From Lama guanicoe (Eukaryota): a DNA stretch of 64,000 bases. The stretch covers positions 2,021,168-2,085,167 of the forward strand of contig MU053482.1 in assembly GCA_013239625.1 (NCBI GenBank). The letters run 5' to 3'. Below, piece after piece: positions 38,607-50,387 of the stretch. A program made the translations under genes and the position numbers. Each line of letters opens with the position of its first letter. Positions within the stretch are counted from its first letter, which is position 1. The notes under the pieces are model-generated. The model was not told the DNA's origin and made no database searches. It was given only the letters and a program-made list of their open reading frames with translations.

Positions 38607-41599
38607 CTAGATATGAAGGAAATAGGCATGTGTCCCCCTGGTCATAGCCAGCTTTTCTACACCGCCAGTACCCTCAGCTGTTCTTCATATCATTTAAAGA
38701 CCCTTCACGTCCCAGGCCCTTCAGTCTCCTCTAGGTGAGAGTCAATTTGCCAATACCTCTGTTGAAAAATGGCATGTAGAAGTAAAAGCCATACTCCACA
38801 AATTATTACCAACATTTACTTATTCACCTGGAAGCAGTTATTCGGGAAGGAGTCGAACCAAAGAACACTCTGCTTCCTAGGGAGCAAGCCTTGACATGTA
38901 CTAGGGAAACAGCTAGATGAGTAGAAAATATAAATCAATGCTACCTAAAGACAGTGATGAGGAAGATGGGGGGAGCGCAATTTAAAATATAAGTAGTGTC
39001 ATCAAGCTATTCATTCTGAAAGACGTTAACCACACCATGTGCTAGTCCACAACCTAAATTACCTGAGATAGTGGCAAGGCTAATGTAATAGGATCAAACC
39101 TTTCTAAATTTGTAATAAGCATATAGAGAGTAGTCATAGCCTTTAAAATAAATTACTTTTACTCTCATCTAAGGAATCAAATGAAATCAAAATGCTGGAT
39201 GTAATTAAGACCGTTTAGTTTCCCTGGAGATTATACGAATCAGACATGTAAGTTAAGTATTCTAGGAATGAAACATTTGATACAATTAAGGAAATCCTAT
39301 TGAAAAAAATTAGTCTGTAAAACAGAGACAATATGGGGCTAAGCAATGGCTTATTAATAACTCATTCAATTCTGAGTATAATAAATATAGCTATTACAAC
39401 TTCAATTCACTAGTGGCTGAGCTCAAAAAGCTAAAATGATGCCACTCAATCTGCCTCAAGAATCTAGATTTAATCTGCCTGCTTCATTTACTGAACCACA
39501 GAATTCACAGAATTATTTTAGGCTGAAAGGAATTTAGATGAAAACAAACAAAAACGCTAGTAAGGAGGGCCATGATTAAAGACCAAAATCTTGCCCCTCG
39601 TCTGCTACACTCCAGCAACTCTTCAAATATTTGGAAACAGCTGTCATATCGTCCCTTCCCAAACCCTAATCAATCTTCTTTTCAAAGCCAGTTCCTTCAA
39701 TAACTTATAACAGAGGGAGGATCTCAGAACATTATGGGACTGGAAACATGTCTGGAAACTCAGACATGTTCTTTCATGTCTGAAGGGCCAGTGTAGACTG
39801 TGTCTCAAGGGGGTAAATGACTGACTACATGAAGGAGGCTGCCCTCAACAAGACTAAGACCTTTGAGCTGCTGGGACACTCTTCAACCCCTCAGTTACTC
39901 TGCATTACGGTAAAACAACAGGGACCTTAGAGACAGCCCCGGAGCACAGCCCAGCAGTGAGTGACTGTGGGAGGAGATGAGAAGAGGGGCTATGAATATG
40001 CCGACATCGGAAGCACCAGAGACAGCACCTCCAGGTCAGGGGCCTGCCCCTGTACCTGGCCCTGCTCCGACGGCTCTCTCCACTAGTCTCTGCCAGCCTA
40101 ATTGGTCTTTCCTCTTACCAATTAAGCCCTGGGGCAAACAGGACAGAGACTCTTCCAGAGAAAGTAAATGGCCACAGAGGGAGCTGTCCATGAGCTATGA
40201 GGTCATAACCCCAAAGTAGACAGGCAAGTAACCTAGGACGATATTAAAGTGGCAGGATGCTATAACTAGAGAATCAGGAAAGCAAAAGCCCAAATCTCAG
40301 GTGCTTGGGGAAAATGCCAAAGACATAAGACAAAGAAAAGGACATTTTTTTTAAGCTGGGCTTAGAAAAGAAGAATAAAACCAAGTTCACTCTTAATGAC
40401 AAATTATGCTTCTGTCTTCTCCATCTAAACTGACCTCACATCTCAGCCTGGCACATGGGGGCTCTTTGTACGCTGGGCACTGCTGGCCTGTCAAGCCATT
40501 GTCTTTGATCAATCCCCTGGATATCCACTTCCTTAAGAACCTACACTCTTTCCCACCTCCAGGCCTTTGGGCCTCCTGTTCATTCTGCCTCAGACTCCTT
40601 TCCCGTTCTGCTCATTCTTCCCTGACTCCCCCTCGCAGACTCGGGTGTGCTCTCCTCCAGCTCCCACAGACTGATCCAATCTCTTCTAGCACCTCCCATA
40701 GAAGATGAGAATTTCTTGGTCTGCTTCCTTCCACGACAGACTGTGAGCTCTCAAAGACTGGATCTTTGTATTCAATGAAACCAGCATAATGTCTGGCTCA
40801 CAACTGAGTAAGTAAATGAATCAAATGAGAGAAGCAGGGTAAGTGAAATGGCAACCACATGCCAGGCTCTGTGTCATGTACGTCTGTCACCTCTCCTCTG
40901 CTGACTTATGACAGGCACACAGAGAACAGTGCCTGAAACACAATAAAGTGATCAATAAAAATTGACTGAATAAATCAAAATTGAGTGAATAAATCAAAAT
41001 TGAGTGAATAAACATGAAAAAGAGCTTTGACAGATTCAGCAAAGTGTTATGGTTATCACCATATGCCCTTCCAATGCTAAGATTCTATGGTGTTTAAAAA
41101 AACACTGTATTTATACAAATTTACCAGAAAATCTGGAAAAGAGAGAAGGGAAACTAGAATTTATTGAGGAGCTACAAGCATGTTAGGCACTTTATATATG
41201 ATATTTGATTTGTTTTTCATAATAATCCTGGGAAGCTGAGATTATAAACCCCATTTTATAGAAAAGGAAATCAAAGATAGGGATGCAGGGACAAAATCTG
41301 AACTCAGGTGAGCCTGACCCAATCCTAAGCTTTTCCCAGACTGCACATTTGAACCTCTGTGAAGCACACAAATCTTCCTTCCCTATCTCTCCATTCCAAG
41401 GAAAAGGGGTTCTGAAACAAGCCAAGGCTCAATTAGGTCACAATTCCAGAGAGAGGATCTTTCAGTGGGAAGTATAAGGAGGTGGAAAAGCTCTGCCTTC
41501 CCTCGAGAATGTCCCTTTTTCTTTGTCGAAAGGTTCACAACTCTTCCCAGGTCCTCCCATGAGTCTGGAAGGAAAATTTTAGGGCCTCTCCTGCTTAGA

Positions 41600-41945
41600 A
41601 GGAAGCAATGCCTCTTTTACTCTTCTCTTTCCACAAAAGGTCAAGTGGGAATCAGGTTATGATTCAGAGGAAAGATGGCAAGGAGACAGTTAAACAGGTC
41701 CACTTGAGAGGCCTTACATTAGACTGGAGGCGGAAGCAGCCCCGAAGCTTACATCCCCTACAAGACAATTCACCAAGTTATAAGCCTTCATAAATATTGT
41801 AAGTAATACAGATGCTCCTTTGCCTGGAATGTCTTCTGTGTAGGATGGTGGCATCCAGTTGAGATGACAAGGAATCAACCAAATTTTGCTTCCTCAAAAC
41901 ATGACTCACAAGTTGACTCAAATAATGTGAGGACATTAATGTTCA
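41600..41945 (-). pseudogene. Pseudo-exon: NACHT Walker B / sensor region
   Basis: One frame: HYLSQLVSHVLRKQNLVDSLSSQLDATILHRRHSRQRSICITYNIYEGL*L...PLKWTCLTVSLPSFL*IIT, resembling NPHP3-type '...SIIIVIDSIDQ...MKWL..PLP.NVRVIVS'. Sits directly below an L1 insertion. Confidence 0.5.
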
Positions 41946-41954
41946 CTAATGTGA

Positions 41955-42009
41955 GTGGTCCTTGGACAACTAGTTATCCACATGCAAAAGAATGAATTTG
42001 TACACATAC

Positions 42010-42061
<52 letters not shown>

Positions 42062-43610
42062 CATACATACATACACAAAAATTAGCTCAAATGGATCAAA
42101 GACCTAAATACAAGAGCTAAAACCACAAAATTCTTAGGAAAAAAACATATGAGTAAATCTTCATGACCTTGATTTAGGCAATGGTGTTTTTAGATATGAT
42201 ATCTAAAGCCAAATAATCGAAGTAAAAACAGATATATTGAACTTCATAAAAATAAAACCTTTTGCTCCTCAAAGGACACTACCAAGCAAGCAAAAAGACA
42301 ACCTACAGAATGGGAGGAAATATTTGCAAATCATATGTCTAGTAAGGGTCTAGTACCCAGAACATATAAAAAAAACTCTGACAACTCAAGAATAAAAAGA
42401 TAATCCAAATAGAAAATAAACAAAGGAGTTAGATGCTTCACCAAAGAAGATATACAAATGGCCAAAGATGTCCAACATCATTACTCATCAGGGAAATGCA
42501 AACCAAAAGTATAATAAGGTATCATTTCACACCTATGCGGATGACTATAATCAAAAAGGCAGACAATAAAAAAGGGTCAGTGATGATGTGGAGAAATGAG
42601 AATCCTCATGCAATACTAGTGGGAATGTAAAATGGTGCAACCACTTTGGAGAACAGTTTGGCAGTCTTCAAAAAGTTACACTTAGAGTTACCATATGACC
42701 AGCAATTCTACTTCTAGACACATACTCAAGAGATAAAAAGATATGTCAACACAAAAATGTATATACAAATATTCATAGCAGCATCATTCATGAGAGCAAA
42801 AGAAGAAACAACCCAAATGGCTATCCACTGATGACAGGATAAAAACAATCTGTTACTCATATGTGAAATCTAAAAAAAAGAAAAAAGAAAAAAGAGGACA
42901 CTAATGAACTAATCTACAAAACAGAAACAGACTTGCAGACATAGTAAACAATCCCATGGCTGCTGGAGAAAAAGGGGTGGGAAGGGATAAATTTGGGACT
43001 TTGGGATTTGCAACGGTTAACCACTATATATAAAAATAGATAAAAACAAATTTCTTCTATATAGCACAGGGAACTATATTTAATATCTTATAATATCTTT
43101 TAATGAAAAAATATGAAAACAAATATATATATATGCATGACTGGGACATTATGCTGTATGCCAGAAATTGACACACTGTAACTAACTATACTTCAATTAA
43201 AAAATAAATAAATTTAAACAAACAAAAAACAATGTGTTATAACTACACAATGGAATTTTATTTGGTTATAGAAAGAAGGAAGGATAGATACACATTACAA
43301 CAGAAATGATTCTTGGAAACATCATGCTTAATGAAAGAAGTCAAATGCAAAAAGGCCCCATGCTGCATGATTCCATTTACATAAGATGCCCACAATAATA
43401 GGCAAATCCATATAGAGAGAAAGCAGATTAGTGTTTGCCAGATGCAGGGGTGAGGTAGAGAATGGAGAGTGACTGCAAATGGATGTGGGGCTTCATTTTG
43501 GGGGTGATGAAACATTCTAAAATTAGACAGTCTGATGATTGCAAAAACTTAATTTTACAGTTTAAAAGGGTGAATTATATGGTATAGTCTCAATAAAAAA
43601 GTGAGCTGTA
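41955..43610 (+). mobile_element. L1MB-type ORF2/3' end with (TA)n and a nested younger L1 (42856-43224)
   Basis: ORF2 text (gaatgggaggaaatatttgcaaatcat); nested element flanked by aaaaacaat(c/g)tgtta at 42841-42855 and 43225-43239; (TA)n at ~42013-42055. Confidence 0.9.
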
Positions 43611-43859
43611 AGTATAAAAAGGAGCTAGGTGAACACATTATAACGTATGTACCATCAAAGAGACAGGACAGAAAAGCAATTAAGTTAACTTGAAAAATCA
43701 CTGCTGGACATTGGTGTTTACTTTCATAATCACAAATATGAAAAGTATCGAATTTTATTGCCACAAACTAAAGGCCAACATAAAGAAGATTGAGAGGAAA
43801 AATTAATTTGATTTCCATGAAAAACGTCCAAGGGTAAATATTTGCTTTCTTCCCAGTAC

Positions 43860-44190
43860 CTCAGCTAGTTGGAAACTGAGCTCCCTGGAGCAGATTTAAG
43901 TGCCTCTATGTTAGATTTGCTGACAGCAAACAGACTTGGAAGAATTCAAGTATAAGAACCTGAGCCTCAGACCCACTGCCTTTGGTAAACGGTAGATGGA
44001 TTCTCTCCCAGCAGCTCTGTCACTGCAGATGAGCATTCCACCATAACAACAAAGTAACAGAGTAGAACTTTCAATTAACAGCATCTCATCCTTAGAGACT
44101 GGATGAACATCTTCTATAAGGCTTTTCTTAGATTCTCTGAATGAATATGTCTGAGTCCAAATGACTAGTTTTTCCATGTAAACACAGCTC
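43860..44190 (-). pseudogene. Pseudo-exon: NACHT P-loop region
   Basis: ORF-track 43911..44192 frame: ...LLLCCYGGMLICSDRAAGRESIY... MLICSDRAAGRES (43998-44036) aligns position by position with hhhSGERGxGKST (Walker A, degenerate). Ends ...RELSFQLAE at a gag|gtactg donor. Confidence 0.55.
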
Positions 44191-44389
44191 ATGTTAAGAA
44201 TATTGAATTATAAGCAAACTTTGGACACATACAATGTAAAAGTAAAAATATGACACAATATTCTAGAACTGTGCTCAGAATATTGTAGGCATGCAATAAA
44301 TATCTGTTGAATTCAAGTTTATAATAGTTAATAATGTCTACTAAGTAATTTAGATTAAAAAATAAAGTAAATGTTAACACTATTTCTAA

Positions 44390-44612
44390 ATCAACTTTTC
44401 TTCAATAGAAAGTTGCTTTTTCTGGTTTTATTCTCGATGTTATACCACATCCTCTCTGATAGTCAAACTGAGAAGTCAGTGGTTATTAAGAAAGATAATT
44501 AGTCTATTATAAATAAAAAGGATATTCTGATGAATTACAAAAGATACTGCCCCTCGCCTTACAAACCTTCCAGAAATTAAACAGCTTGGGGTTGACAAAA
44601 CTGCAGGAATTC
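44390..44612 (-). pseudogene. Candidate pseudo-exon (linker between DUF4062 and NACHT)
   Basis: Acceptor aatcaccttag|gaattc; reads GIPAVLSTPSCLISGRFVRRGAVSFVIHQNILF...IREDVV*HRE*NQKKQLSIEEKLI. Non-repetitive and lies between recognisable blocks, but has no diagnostic motif. Confidence 0.35.
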
Positions 44613-44729
44613 CTAAGGTGATTAGTCTTTCATGCACCTTACAATTTATTTTAGTTAATAAACTAAGAGAATATATATTAATACAGTTTAACAATAAGTT
44701 GTCTACTCTTCACATTCTGGAACCCTAAG

Positions 44730-44811
44730 ACAGATCCAAAGAAAACACAATTCGCCTCACTGACCCATAACCGGATCTCAGCAGGGAGGGAAATTCCTTC
44801 TGAAGCACATC
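44730..44811 (-). pseudogene. Pseudo-exon: second part of DUF4062-like region
   Basis: Acceptor gctttcag|atgtg; reads DVLQKEFPSLLRSGYGSVRRIVFSL, similar to the 'D.A.K.FPW+....S+TE+E+' segment of TEP1/TTC41-type DUF4062. Confidence 0.5.
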
Positions 44812-44929
44812 TGAAAGCATGCTAATTTACCAGTGCCAAGAAGGTCAGCATTTAATTCTACAATACATTTTCCCCTTTTTAAGCCTTTTTTAAAAACAAG
44901 GAAATTATTTCTCAGTATCTAAGAACCGT

Positions 44930-45244
44930 GGGTGCTTGAAATACTATATAGGACCATCAGGCAGATAAAAGAAGTAGGAAATATCTTCAGAGATCACATC
45001 TCTTTCAGGACACTTCTAAAAGTCTCTGAGGATACGATTCTACAAGTTCACAATGTATGACACCGCCAGAGAAAGTCTCCGTCAATCTCTTATACAGCAG
45101 TATAAACTCTTTTCTTCTGTCTTCAAGGAGACAGGAAGATGACATGAGTATCACCCTTTATATCATCACCTTTTAGGTTTTTTGTTGGAAATCACACTAC
45201 TCAGTTCTTTCACTTTCATTAACTCTTCCTTGATTTGCTGACAT
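44930..45244 (-). pseudogene. Pseudo-exon: DUF4062-like N-terminal domain
   Basis: ATG at 45244. One frame over 45157-44954 gives RVILMSSSCLLEDRRKEFILLYKRLTETFSGGVIHCELVESYPQRLLEVS*KRCDL*RYFLLLLSA*W, resembling the DUF4062 pattern RVFISS...ER..L....L...C...G......D...LEICL.EID.C..FF+.LLG.RY. Confidence 0.65.
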
Positions 45245-46516
45245 CACAAAGTAACATTTTTAAAGAAAATGTAGAGTGTTACCTGGTCTCTGCATGAAAA
45301 AGATTTTCTAAGCATAAAAGCAATGAACCAAAAAGGAATAGGTTAATAAGTAGGCAACATAAATTGTTTTAATTTCTATAAATCAAAAGCCATTATAAAT
45401 TAAATGAAAAGGCAATTGTAAGAGAAACACCCCCCTATGTCAAGCAAGGGTTAATATCCTTACTCTACAAAGAGTTCACACAAACCAGTGTCTGGCCAAG
45501 ACAGTGCCCCCACCCCCATTCCCCCATCATCCATACAAGAAATTGCTAGATCCCTACAAAAAAAAATGTAAAAGAGGTTACAGCATCTCTCTCTCAGCTT
45601 TCAGGATCACTCTCCTTCTTTCTTCTTCCTAATTCTTTTGCTTCCTACCTGGATGCTCTCTTTCTTCTAAGCTCTGTTGGCCTGAAGATTCAGATAAACA
45701 GCCTGGTCTTGATTTCTGATTTTCCTCAAGATCCAGCCTCTGAAACACTGCTTTCTACATTGCTCTGTAGCCTGCAGGCAAGTAACAACTTGCCCCAGGC
45801 TCCAGGGATACCTTATCCAACTAATTCCAGCCAAAGTCCAGCATGGAAATATCAAAAATTAAACAACTAAGAAAAACTGAGACTCCAAAATAAAAACCAT
45901 CAAAGAGCTTGTACAGGCAATTCACAGAAAAGAAATACCTAATAACTAACAGCAAGATTTTTTTTAATGGCTAAACACATTAATAATGTAAGATGTGAGT
46001 TAAAATGAGGCACTATTTTTAATCTGTGAAATTTACAGTTTTTTTTTTAATGATAATGCTAACACAGGTGTCACAAAACTGACAGCAGGATGGCAAACTG
46101 GTATAATCTTTCTATGGATAACAGGAAGTTTGAAGAGCATTCACTCTGCCCTTTGACTCTGTAGTTTATTTTTAGGAACTGATCTTCAGTAATCAAAAAT
46201 CTAGTCAAAAGATTTAAGTATAAAGACATTCATTGCTACAGTTTTGTACTTGAAATATAACTATCCAACAATAAATAAATTGCAAATAAATTATGGTTTG
46301 TCCACAGTGTGGATTATTGTGGAGCCAATAAAAATAATATCCTAAGAGCTGACTCTTTTCTATAGCACTGATTAAGGATCATTCACTGTCCTAAGCAGTT
46401 AACATGTACTAACTCATTTACTCCTCCCAAAACATGAATGGAACCTGGGAGGTAGGCAGACACTAACATTTTCATTTTACAGCTGAGGAATCTGAGCAGC
46501 TACACTGGCAGAGACT

Positions 46517-46812
46517 CATATGCCCTTATCTGAAATTCTAAAATCCAAAAAGCTCCAAACACCACATGTACTCATACATGAGGCAAATTGATCTGTTGGC
46601 GAAACCTGACCTGAACTCATGTGAAAGTATGTACAGTCTTTACTTATCACACTTAGAATGAAGTTGAAAGAATTAATGTGTTATTTCTAGGGTACTTCCC
46701 CAGACCCTACTAGAAGTGGTGCAGTTTATACACTATGTTGTCTTTCCATAATCTGAAAAATTCTGAATTTTAAAACACAAACTGCCCCCATGGGTTTCAG
46801 ATAAGGAACTGT
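46517..46812. mobile_element. Tigger-type (MER46-like) MITE nested in a MIR (~46385-46870)
   Basis: Inverted termini cccttatctgaaa ... tttcagataagg; MIR halves on both sides. Confidence 0.7.
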
Positions 46813-47766
46813 GGCAGAGCTGGAATTCACACCTGTGCTTCTGCCTGGCTCTGGAGTCTGTGCTCTTAACCAGGATGCTTATTTTGAGAGACTGTTGAAT
46901 GACATGGGAAAATCCTTATAGCTCAAACATTTAAGTACTTATTTACCACACACTATGTGTCAGACACACAAATAAAATTACAATTGTAACAATGCCTCTA
47001 AGGAGAGAAAAGTGGAGAAAGTTAGGCTCAAAACCCTGCTGCTGTTTCTTTTCACTGGCAGAACCCTCTTCTGATGCATGACCACTCTGTTTCCTGGTTG
47101 GATACTGGAGTTGTTTGGTGGTCAGACAGAAAAGAAGGTCCTCCTTGGCTGGTGACAGGGGACCGGGAGACTCAAACCACGTGCAGCATGTAAATACCCC
47201 TTACAACTAAACCCCAAATGCTTGACCTTTACTGCTCACAAAGCAGTTTCATATACAGGCTCCTTCGAGCCCACAACACTGCGTGAGAAATTATAACCTG
47301 CCCTTACAGATGAGGAAATTGAGGCAGAGCGCCTAAATTACCTGTCCACATAACCAGTAAGAGGCTCCTCGAATGTGCACCCACTGTGTGCAAGGAACTA
47401 CACTAAGTGTGGTAAGCAAGAGCTACCATATAACGAGGTCCTACTAGGTGTCAGGCTTTGGGAGATTAAAAAAAGAAGAAAGGAGGGGAAAACCCCCGCA
47501 ACTTCAGAACTTTCAAGGATGTGTTATTTTTCCCAAATCACACTTACCCTAGAGTAAGTCAGCTTTAAATTTCAAAACGGTTCACGTCTCAAGATGTGGT
47601 CGAGGTGAGAAGGTGGGGATGAATCGGAGCAACCAAGGACCACCCCAAACACCGACCCGGGGAAAATGGGGTCCCAACGGCTGGGCCCCAGGAGACACTA
47701 GGAGCGGGCGGCGGGGGCCGCCAGCCGACCCGGCAGCCGGAGGCCCAGCGGCCGGTTTGCCGGCGC

Positions 47767-47780
47767 GTTGTCATAGCAAC
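47767..47780. promoter_or_regulatory. RFX X-box motif
   Basis: GTTGTCATAGCAAC, a 14-bp imperfect palindrome matching the RFX X-box consensus (GTTRCC-AT-RGYAAC, one deviation). It lies inside the CpG island, about 80 bp into putative intron 1. Confidence 0.8.
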
Positions 47781-47857
47781 GGCAGGTCCGCTTTGGCCCG
47801 GCCGCTCGCCCACTCCCGCGGGGGCCGCCCTGCGCCCAGACGCCAGCAGCCACTCAC

Positions 47858-47960
47858 CTGGGCCGGCGGGCGTGCTGGCTCCCGACTGGCGCTCACACTT
47901 CGCGCTGGTGGTCGCCGAGCCCGGAATCCCGCACCTGGAGAAACTTTTCGGCCGGCGGGG
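47858..47960 (-). other. Putative non-coding first exon (start approximate)
   Basis: Minus strand reads cccgccggccCAG|GTGAGTgg, a consensus 5' splice donor with the intron starting at 47857, inside the CpG island. The TSS cannot be placed from sequence. Confidence 0.6.
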
Positions 47961-50124
47961 AAGCGACAGGGAGGTGGACGGGGGCCGCGCGGGGACAAAG
48001 CGCGTAGCCTGGAGCGAAGCCCCTCTCCCTGCGGCCGGGTTGGCGAGGAAGGTGCCCCCAGGTGCGCTCGGAGGCGTCCCGGCGAGCAGTTCCTCTTTGG
48101 GATGGATCTGAGGAACCACCTCGGCGACACTGAAACAGAAACATGTTACACGAAATTCAAACTTTGTAACAGTGATATAACAGTATTGAAATGATGTCCA
48201 GGCCAGTATTCTTGCTCAGAGCCCAAGGCCTTGTGGTCCAGACAGTTGGAGCTGGGGCTCTAACTCTCAACACTGCAGTGGGTTCAGAGCTGGCCTACAA
48301 GACAGGGAAATGAATCGAGTATCAGCCCCAGGGGCTGGGAGTGGAGGATGTTTGTCTCCACAGAGGGGCTGAGAAGGCTCTTGACAGATCAAAGGACAAT
48401 TCCCAGGAATATGTTTTAGCCACACACCTCTGTGGAACCCTCTGAATGCATGCCCTTTGCAACAGAGGCTGGAAATATGGACTCCAGCTGTATGCTAATG
48501 TATTTCTTGACCTGAACTAGGAATGGCTTCTGTGGACATGGGTCTTGCTCTGTAGCAGCTGGGGGAAAAGAAATTCAACTCTCATGATACTGGCCTAATT
48601 ATTCAGGCAAATGTCATCTAAAATTTATTTGATTAATAGCCAAGAACTTGTTACAGTAGGTCGATTCATTTTATTGCTTAGAGGTAGAGGTCTACCACTG
48701 GCAATGGATTCGTCCTGTCAGGTTCATCTGAAAACTCAAAATGGCCCTGCTGGGCAACTGGTAACCAGTTTTGCAAATTTTCCAAACACAAATAATCCCC
48801 ACCATGTCTTGTACTGTAGAACTTTGGAGTATTTGGCAAACTTTGTTCTCAAGAAGTACAGAATTATTGTCTAACGAGGGTCTGGAATAGCCTGCAAGAA
48901 TTTTCTCTCTACTTCTCTCCTGAGCCCTGCCTCCATCCAAGCATGAGTGTTAGTGCCACAATGTCCAACAAAAGAAGATAAACCTTACCATCTGCTTCAC
49001 TGAGCTGTGAAGTGTATGGCTCTGCCTTTAATCAGCAGCTGTGAGGTCTTATATTCCACACCCTTACCAAGGAATAACTTTGAACTGTCCACTTTCTGAT
49101 GTCTGTGAAAAGCCTAGTGGAGAGAAATGGCAGTTATGGAGACTTCTTTGAGAGGCATGCAGATGACTTGCTACTCTACAGAGTCTCTGGGTCAAGTGAG
49201 TCCCAAATCTGCTACATATCAGAGATATCCGGGGAGTTCTATTTGTTTTGCTTTACTTTGTGTTTAAATACAGATTCACAGGTCACCCTCCCAGAACTTC
49301 TAAGTAAATCTCGTGAAACCATTTTTAAAAGATCTCACGAGAGCTTGATACAAAGCCAGGTTGTGAACCACTGGAGTTTATTTTATCAGTTAAGCCAGAC
49401 TATCAAAAAAGCTGTGTGCTTGTACCACTTTGTCTTCACCCCTGCTAAACTGCCTTTATCAAGTCACGATTTACCCTTAGTTCATCTGCTTATATTAAGA
49501 GATGCTGTTAAAAAAAAATACTCGTGACACCTTTGAATTTACTGAAGGGATTATTTTAAGAATGATGTTTATTGCATCCCTGTAGCAAAATCCTACCATA
49601 TTGGCCAGTCCAGGGTTTTTCAAATTGTTTGGATCATAATTTTCCAAAAGAAATATGTTTTACATTATCAGCCAAAACACATGTACCTACACATTTAATA
49701 ACTAAAACAAGCTTTATAAAATATTACCTGTACCATATGCATTTTATCACTATTTAATGCTGGTTTCCACCCATTAAATGATCTCTTGGCCCCTAGATGA
49801 GTTGCAAGTTGCATTTTAAAAACAGCGATATAGCAGATGTCTTTTTCTGGAAACTAGCCCTAATCCTCAGACAAACTAGGCCACCAGGCTGCAGTTGATT
49901 GCTCCAATAGTAGTACCAGAGCCAAGCTGATCAGATCCCACTCCCGGGAATTTGGAATTAGGACTGGGACATTTTAGTTTTTCTCTAGGTAGTTAACATA
50001 GAAACATAGAATGCTGTAATATATGAAGTCAGAAGCTGTCCACAGGCATGCTTTCCCACCATGTGACCTGGAGAAATGCAGATTATCAGGCTGCAGAAAA
50101 AATGTGAAAAGAACAGAAAGGATG

Positions 50125-50387
50125 GACTTGTGGTTGCCAGGGGGGCGGAGAGTGGGAAGGGATAGACTGGGATTTCAAAATTGTAGAATAGATAAACAAG
50201 ATTATACTGTATAGCACAGGGAAATTTACACAAAACGTTATGGTAACTAACAGAGAAAAAATGTGACAATGAGTGTGTATATGTCCATGTATGACTGAAA
50301 AATTGTGCTGAACACTGGAATTTGACACAACATTGTAAAATGATTATAAATCAATAAAAAATGTTAAAAAAAAAAACAAAAAAACCC
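50125..50387 (+). mobile_element. Young L1 3' tail with 11-bp TSD
   Basis: Near-identical to ~32018-32268; TSD cagaaaggatg at 50114-50124 and 50388-50398. Confidence 0.9.

Larger units (their letters stand above)
20126..45244 (-). pseudogene. Decayed multi-exon gene for a DUF4062-NACHT-TPR protein (TTC41/nephrocystin-3/TEP1-like paralog)
   Basis: Collinear minus-strand blocks give, in order: DUF4062-like RVILMSS...LLEVS*KRCDL*RYFLLLLSA; DVLQKEFPSL; degenerate P-loop MLICSDRAAGRES; Walker-B/sensor-like SICITYNIYEGL...LKWTCLTVSLP; helical SINQIYDK-GPVKEDLVHLAF; RKMTHYCMEELPW; TPR-like CERIFGTERLMTLTFL. There are many in-frame stops and frameshifts, and several AG/GT boundaries are phase-compatible. 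Confidence 0.72.
47600..48150. promoter_or_regulatory. CpG island / promoter of a minus-strand transcription unit
   Basis: Abrupt ~550-bp GC- and CpG-rich block (e.g. gagcgggcggcgggggccgccagccgacccggcagccgg) in an otherwise AT-rich, CpG-depleted window; contains GC boxes, an X-box and a minus-strand splice donor. Confidence 0.92.

Noticed and set aside
20126..45244. Assigning the symbol NPHP3 or TTC41 to the fossil gene
   Set aside because: Only motif-level similarity. NPHP3 is essential and highly conserved, and TTC41's usual neighbour HSP90B1 is not present upstream; symbol left blank.
47589..48194. Five overlapping ORFs of 79-193 aa on both strands
   Set aside because: G/R/P/A-rich products of a stop-poor CpG island; no domain or consistent exon structure.
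49099..49527. 142-aa ATG ORF downstream of the CpG island on the + strand
   Set aside because: Runs through a MER5-like fragment (~49260-49370); no motif or supporting splice structure.
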